Of a DNA stretch of 49,930 nt, positions 46,723 through 49,930 are shown one piece after another. Within the stretch, counting starts at the first letter, position 1; each line of letters begins with the position of its first letter. The notes beneath the pieces were generated by a model. It was not told where the DNA came from and ran no database searches. It was given only the letters and a program-made list of their open reading frames with translations. The DNA is from Candidatus Hodarchaeum mangrovi. Its GTDB lineage: Archaea > Asgardarchaeota > Heimdallarchaeia > Hodarchaeales > Hodarchaeaceae. The stretch lies in contig JAEOUE010000198.1 of NCBI GenBank assembly GCA_016839515.1, forward strand, positions 1 to 49,930, written 5' to 3'. The position numbers and the translations under genes were made by a program.

Positions 46723-46887
46723 ATGAGCTCCAGAAGAAGTAGTTACAATCGTGGACCACGTGAAATGCATAAAGTAACCTGTGCAGATTGTGGCCAAGAA
46801 ACAGAAGTACCATTCAAACCAGATGGGACAAGACCTGTTTATTGTAGAGATTGTTATAGCAAAAGAAAACCACGTAGAGATTATTAA
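46723..46887 (+). CDS. CxxC-x17-CxxC zinc-ribbon protein (54 aa), not in the ORF track
   Basis: MSSRRSSYNRGPREMHKVTCADCGQETEVPFKPDGTRPVYCRDCYSKRKPRRDY; SD AGGTGA at 46710-46715. Confidence 0.93.
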   Translation: MSSRRSSYNRGPREMHKVTCADCGQETEVPFKPDGTRPVYCRDCYSKRKPRRDY

Positions 46888-46902
46888 TTCCTATAACTTT
46901 AA

Positions 46903-46940
46903 AATTGAATTTAACAGAATTCAATTCTCTCTTTTTTTTC
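46903..46940 (+). terminator. Hairpin plus T-tract terminator
   Basis: AATTGAATT-6nt-AATTCAATT perfect inverted repeat followed by CTCTC and a T8 tract. Confidence 0.6.
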
Positions 46941-46980
46941 AGCTTTAACATATAATTATTAGAAATCCTTACACAGATGC

Positions 46981-47216
46981 TGTAAAACTCAGAAAGAAAT
47001 AGATGAGTGGGGGAAAAAACTTTCGAGGATGGAGAAAAAGAACAATCTGTTCAGGAAAAAGATAAAAATGGGATTTCATGGCAAATTGTTCCTTCAGTTT
47101 TAGGCTAAATTGTACAAGATGAAAATAACAATAAATTGGATAAATTCATAAAAGTGATAATTCAAACATAAAAAATCGATATTAGAACATTAATGAGAGC
47201 ATATGAACATCAATAA
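46981..47216 (+). pseudogene. Remnant of a VOC/PhnB-type (3-demethylubiquinone-9 3-methyltransferase-like) gene
   Basis: CKTQKEIDEWGKKLS, frameshift, then EDGEKEQ...KDKNGISWQIVPSVLG*...QT*KIDIRTLMRAYE; stops at 47106-08 and 47169-71; N-terminal half absent. Confidence 0.8.
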
Positions 47217-47348
47217 TGCGAAAATATTTCTAGAAATCAAGTGATATCCGATTTTTTAACATATCATCATAATTACTAAAAATAAATTCTAGGAAAAACA
47301 GAATAAACAGTTTTTAATGTTTATACTTTAAAATAAAAACAGTGGAAC

Positions 47349-48245
47349 TTGATGAAAATTGGGTATGTAGGAAGTGCGTTTTCCTCTATTAGTTGTAAGC
47401 CTGATCGGGGTTTTCAATTAAAATCATACTCTAAGGAAAAGCTATACTCTATAGTTGATAGCAACCTCCAATGCATCTTAAAAACACTTAAATTTAACCT
47501 AAAAAATAAAATAACGTTTTATCGAATAGCTGATTTTATTCCATTTGCTTCTCATCCAACTTCTCTTCCATTAGAATCGATATTTCAGGATTTTTCACCC
47601 CTCATAAAGGAAATCGCTTTATTTATTCTAAGAAATGAATTTAGAATCTCAATGCATCCTGGTCAATATACAATTCTTAACTCTCCAAAAAATGATGTCG
47701 TAGAAAAAGCTATAAAAGAATTAGAATATGATACATTGTTCATGGATTTCATGGGATTGAATCGGGATGCAAAAGTGCAAATTCATGTTGGAGGGGTTTA
47801 TGGAAATAAGGAAAAAGCAATTGATCGGTTTATTAAAAATTTTCATTTACTTCCTAAAAATATCCAATCACGATTAGCAATGGAAAATGATGATATATCC
47901 TATGATTTAGATGATTGCCTGTTGATAAACCAGGAAACAGGAATTCCAGTAATTTTTGATGTATTTCATCATTCTATAAAAAATCGAGGAGAAACCTTGA
48001 TAGAAGGAATTAAAAGGTCAATAAAAACATGGAAGGATCACGATGGCAAATTAATGCTCGATTGGAGCTCACAAGAGCCAGAAATGAAAATTGGCCGTCA
48101 TGCGGACACTCTTAATGAAATTGAGTTTGAAGAATTTATAACTCGAACCATGGAATCTGACTTTGATATATTATTAGAGGTTCGGGACAAAGAGAGAAGT
48201 GCAATTAAGGCTGTCCAAATTTTAGAAAAATATGGTCGGATCTAG
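47349..48245 (+). CDS. uvsE: UV DNA damage endonuclease
   Basis: PFASHP, SMHPGQY..LNSP, IHVGGVYG, ENDD, FD.FHH, HAD. Confidence 0.95.
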   Translation: MMKIGYVGSAFSSISCKPDRGFQLKSYSKEKLYSIVDSNLQCILKTLKFNLKNKITFYRIADFIPFASHPTSLPLESIFQDFSPLIKEIALFILRNEFRISMHPGQYTILNSPKNDVVEKAIKELEYDTLFMDFMGLNRDAKVQIHVGGVYGNKEKAIDRFIKNFHLLPKNIQSRLAMENDDISYDLDDCLLINQETGIPVIFDVFHHSIKNRGETLIEGIKRSIKTWKDHDGKLMLDWSSQEPEMKIGRHADTLNEIEFEEFITRTMESDFDILLEVRDKERSAIKAVQILEKYGRI

Positions 48246-49617
48246 AGTGAAGAAAGAAGGTACAGCAATCTTCCTATTCAGAAGAGATCTCCGTTTATAT
48301 GATAATACAGGCTTGATTGCTGCTCTTGAGAACCATGAAAAAGTTATTCCAATCTTTATTCTTGATGAGTATCTTCTTAATAACCCAAATTTAAGTCTGA
48401 ATGCAACTCAATTTATGCGAGAATCACTTTATGATTTAGCTAATCAACTAATTGCTCAAAAGGGAAAACTTGTCATTTTTAAAGGTAAACCTGCTCAAAT
48501 AATCAAAAAAATATTAAATAATCCCCAGTTAAAAGTGTCATCTTTGATCTATAATCGTGATTATACTCCTTATGCTTTAAATCGTGACTCTAAAGTTGTA
48601 CAACTCTGTAAAAGACATAAAATAGATGTGATTCAATATTCGGATTTATTGTTAAATGAACCAGAGTCAGTTGTAAAAACTGATGGAAAATTTTATACTG
48701 TATTCACACCCTACTATAGAAATGCTTCCCAGATTCCAGTCAAAAAGCCAATAGACAATAAATATTCAAATTATTATATAGAACCTATAGAAAACGATTT
48801 AAGTTGTGTTATTGATAAAGAATTAAATTTTTATAATAATTCTATTGAAATTAAAGGTGGAAGAAAAAAAGCTCTTAACATCTTACAAAACATCCAAAAA
48901 TTCCAAAATTATTCAGCTGAACGTGATTTTCCTGCGATTCAGGGTACAACTAGACTTTCTGCTCATTTAAAGTTTGGAACTGTATCCATTCGGGAAGTTT
49001 ATCATGTAATTCGGAAGGAATCCATTGAAAGTCTTTTAAGACAATTATATTGGAGAGAATTCTATGTAAACATTGGTTATCACTTTCCTCATGTTTTTAA
49101 GAACGCATTTAAACAAAAATACAATAATCTTGACTGGAGCTATGATAAAGAGGCCTTTATTTCATGGTGTGAAGGAAATACTGGTTTCCCAATCGTTGAT
49201 GCAGGAATGAGAGAGTTAAATCAAACTGGTTACATGCATACTCGGATTAGAATGATTGTTGCCTCCTTCTTGACAAAGGATTTACTGATTGATTGGAAGT
49301 GGGGGGAAAAATACTTCGCTAAAAAATTAATTGATTTTGATATTTCTATTAATAATGGGAATTGGCAATGGGCCTCATCGACTGGAACTGATGCTCAACC
49401 CTATTTTCGTATCTTTAATCCATGGATTCAACAGAAGAAATTCGATAAAAATTGTATCTATATTAAGAAATATGTCCCAGAATTGGCACATCTTACTACA
49501 AAAGAAATTCATAATTTAGATAAGAACAGACCTTCTAGCTTAGTTAATTACCCCAAACCTATTGTAAATCATAAAAAAATACGAAATGCAGCCATAGCAA
49601 TGTTTAAGGCTTTATAA
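48232..49617 (+). CDS. phrB: Deoxyribodipyrimidine photolyase (class I CPD-like)
   Basis: FRRDLRL.DN, TRLSAHLKFG, WREFY, G.TG.PIVDAGMREL..TGYMH, NNGNWQW, RIFNP; overlaps the uvsE end. Confidence 0.93.
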   Translation: MVGSRVKKEGTAIFLFRRDLRLYDNTGLIAALENHEKVIPIFILDEYLLNNPNLSLNATQFMRESLYDLANQLIAQKGKLVIFKGKPAQIIKKILNNPQLKVSSLIYNRDYTPYALNRDSKVVQLCKRHKIDVIQYSDLLLNEPESVVKTDGKFYTVFTPYYRNASQIPVKKPIDNKYSNYYIEPIENDLSCVIDKELNFYNNSIEIKGGRKKALNILQNIQKFQNYSAERDFPAIQGTTRLSAHLKFGTVSIREVYHVIRKESIESLLRQLYWREFYVNIGYHFPHVFKNAFKQKYNNLDWSYDKEAFISWCEGNTGFPIVDAGMRELNQTGYMHTRIRMIVASFLTKDLLIDWKWGEKYFAKKLIDFDISINNGNWQWASSTGTDAQPYFRIFNPWIQQKKFDKNCIYIKKYVPELAHLTTKEIHNLDKNRPSSLVNYPKPIVNHKKIRNAAIAMFKAL

Positions 49618-49715
49618 TATAGAAAAATCTGTTATTTGATTTCAAAACATGAGATTTATTATATATTAGTTTTTAAAATCTTATAATTACAACCTATACT
49701 AAATTTTTATTTATT

Positions 49716-49930
49716 TCATTTGGTCTGTAGGCGTTTTTTCATAAACCAGAGCCAAATCAAACAAATTATTGAAGGAAATAGATAGAAATTAGTTACTTCA
49801 TTATTATATGTATTAGTACTCATAGTGGAACTAGTATCGGAATTGACTGACTCAGGACGATAAGGAAAGAAAAATTCTAGTAAATTATCTAGAGTATGTC
49901 GCCAAGAGCCCCAAGAATGCCCCTCAAATA
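49716..49930 (-). CDS. Partial (3' end) alpha/beta-hydrolase esterase with C-terminal membrane anchor
   Basis: Reads FEGHSWGSWRHTLDNLLEFFFP (esterase catalytic-His segment), then a Ser/Thr linker, hydrophobic helix and MKKRLQTK*; continues beyond the window. Confidence 0.7.
   Translation of the reverse strand, partial: FEGHSWGSWRHTLDNLLEFFFPYRPESVNSDTSSTMSTNTYNNEVTNFYLFPSIICLIWLWFMKKRLQTK

Noticed and set aside
1-49930. tRNA, rRNA, CRISPR array, transposase or integrase
   Set aside because: None recognised by eye; tRNAscan-SE, Infernal and CRISPR finders would be needed to exclude them formally

Overview
Strongly AT-rich, gene-dense chromosomal segment of an archaeon. CarS, a PAC2 proteasome chaperone, an archaeal Hsp20, PyrI, GGTGA/GGAGG ribosome-binding sites, long TPR proteins and tandem Lrp regulators suggest an Asgard (Heimdallarchaeia-like) genome; this is inference. 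Housekeeping content: an archaeal lipid mini-operon, a pyrimidine cluster (pyrE,F,C,K,D,I,B,G), threonine ammonia-lyase and a uvsE-photolyase pair. Best candidate for an undescribed system: a co-oriented cassette at 36271-39440. It encodes an unannotated 33-aa glycine-free acidic peptide, a JAB protease fused to a pseudo-E2, a ThiF/E1 lacking the usual crossover-loop Cys, and two paralogous Cys-bearing E2s, with no ubiquitin-fold gene. Also notable: (i) a bacterial-type arginine decarboxylase (speA) with an in-frame TGA at codon 12, divergent from two dCache-HAMP receptors whose carboxylate-binding Arg is replaced by Glu, one with a TPR-vWA output; (ii) a beta-propeller protein ending in a FYVE/RING-spaced C8 zinc finger; (iii) several small ORFs and three decayed gene remnants missed by the ORF track. 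No rRNA, tRNA, CRISPR array or transposase was recognised. All calls are by-eye motif recognition; no searches were run.
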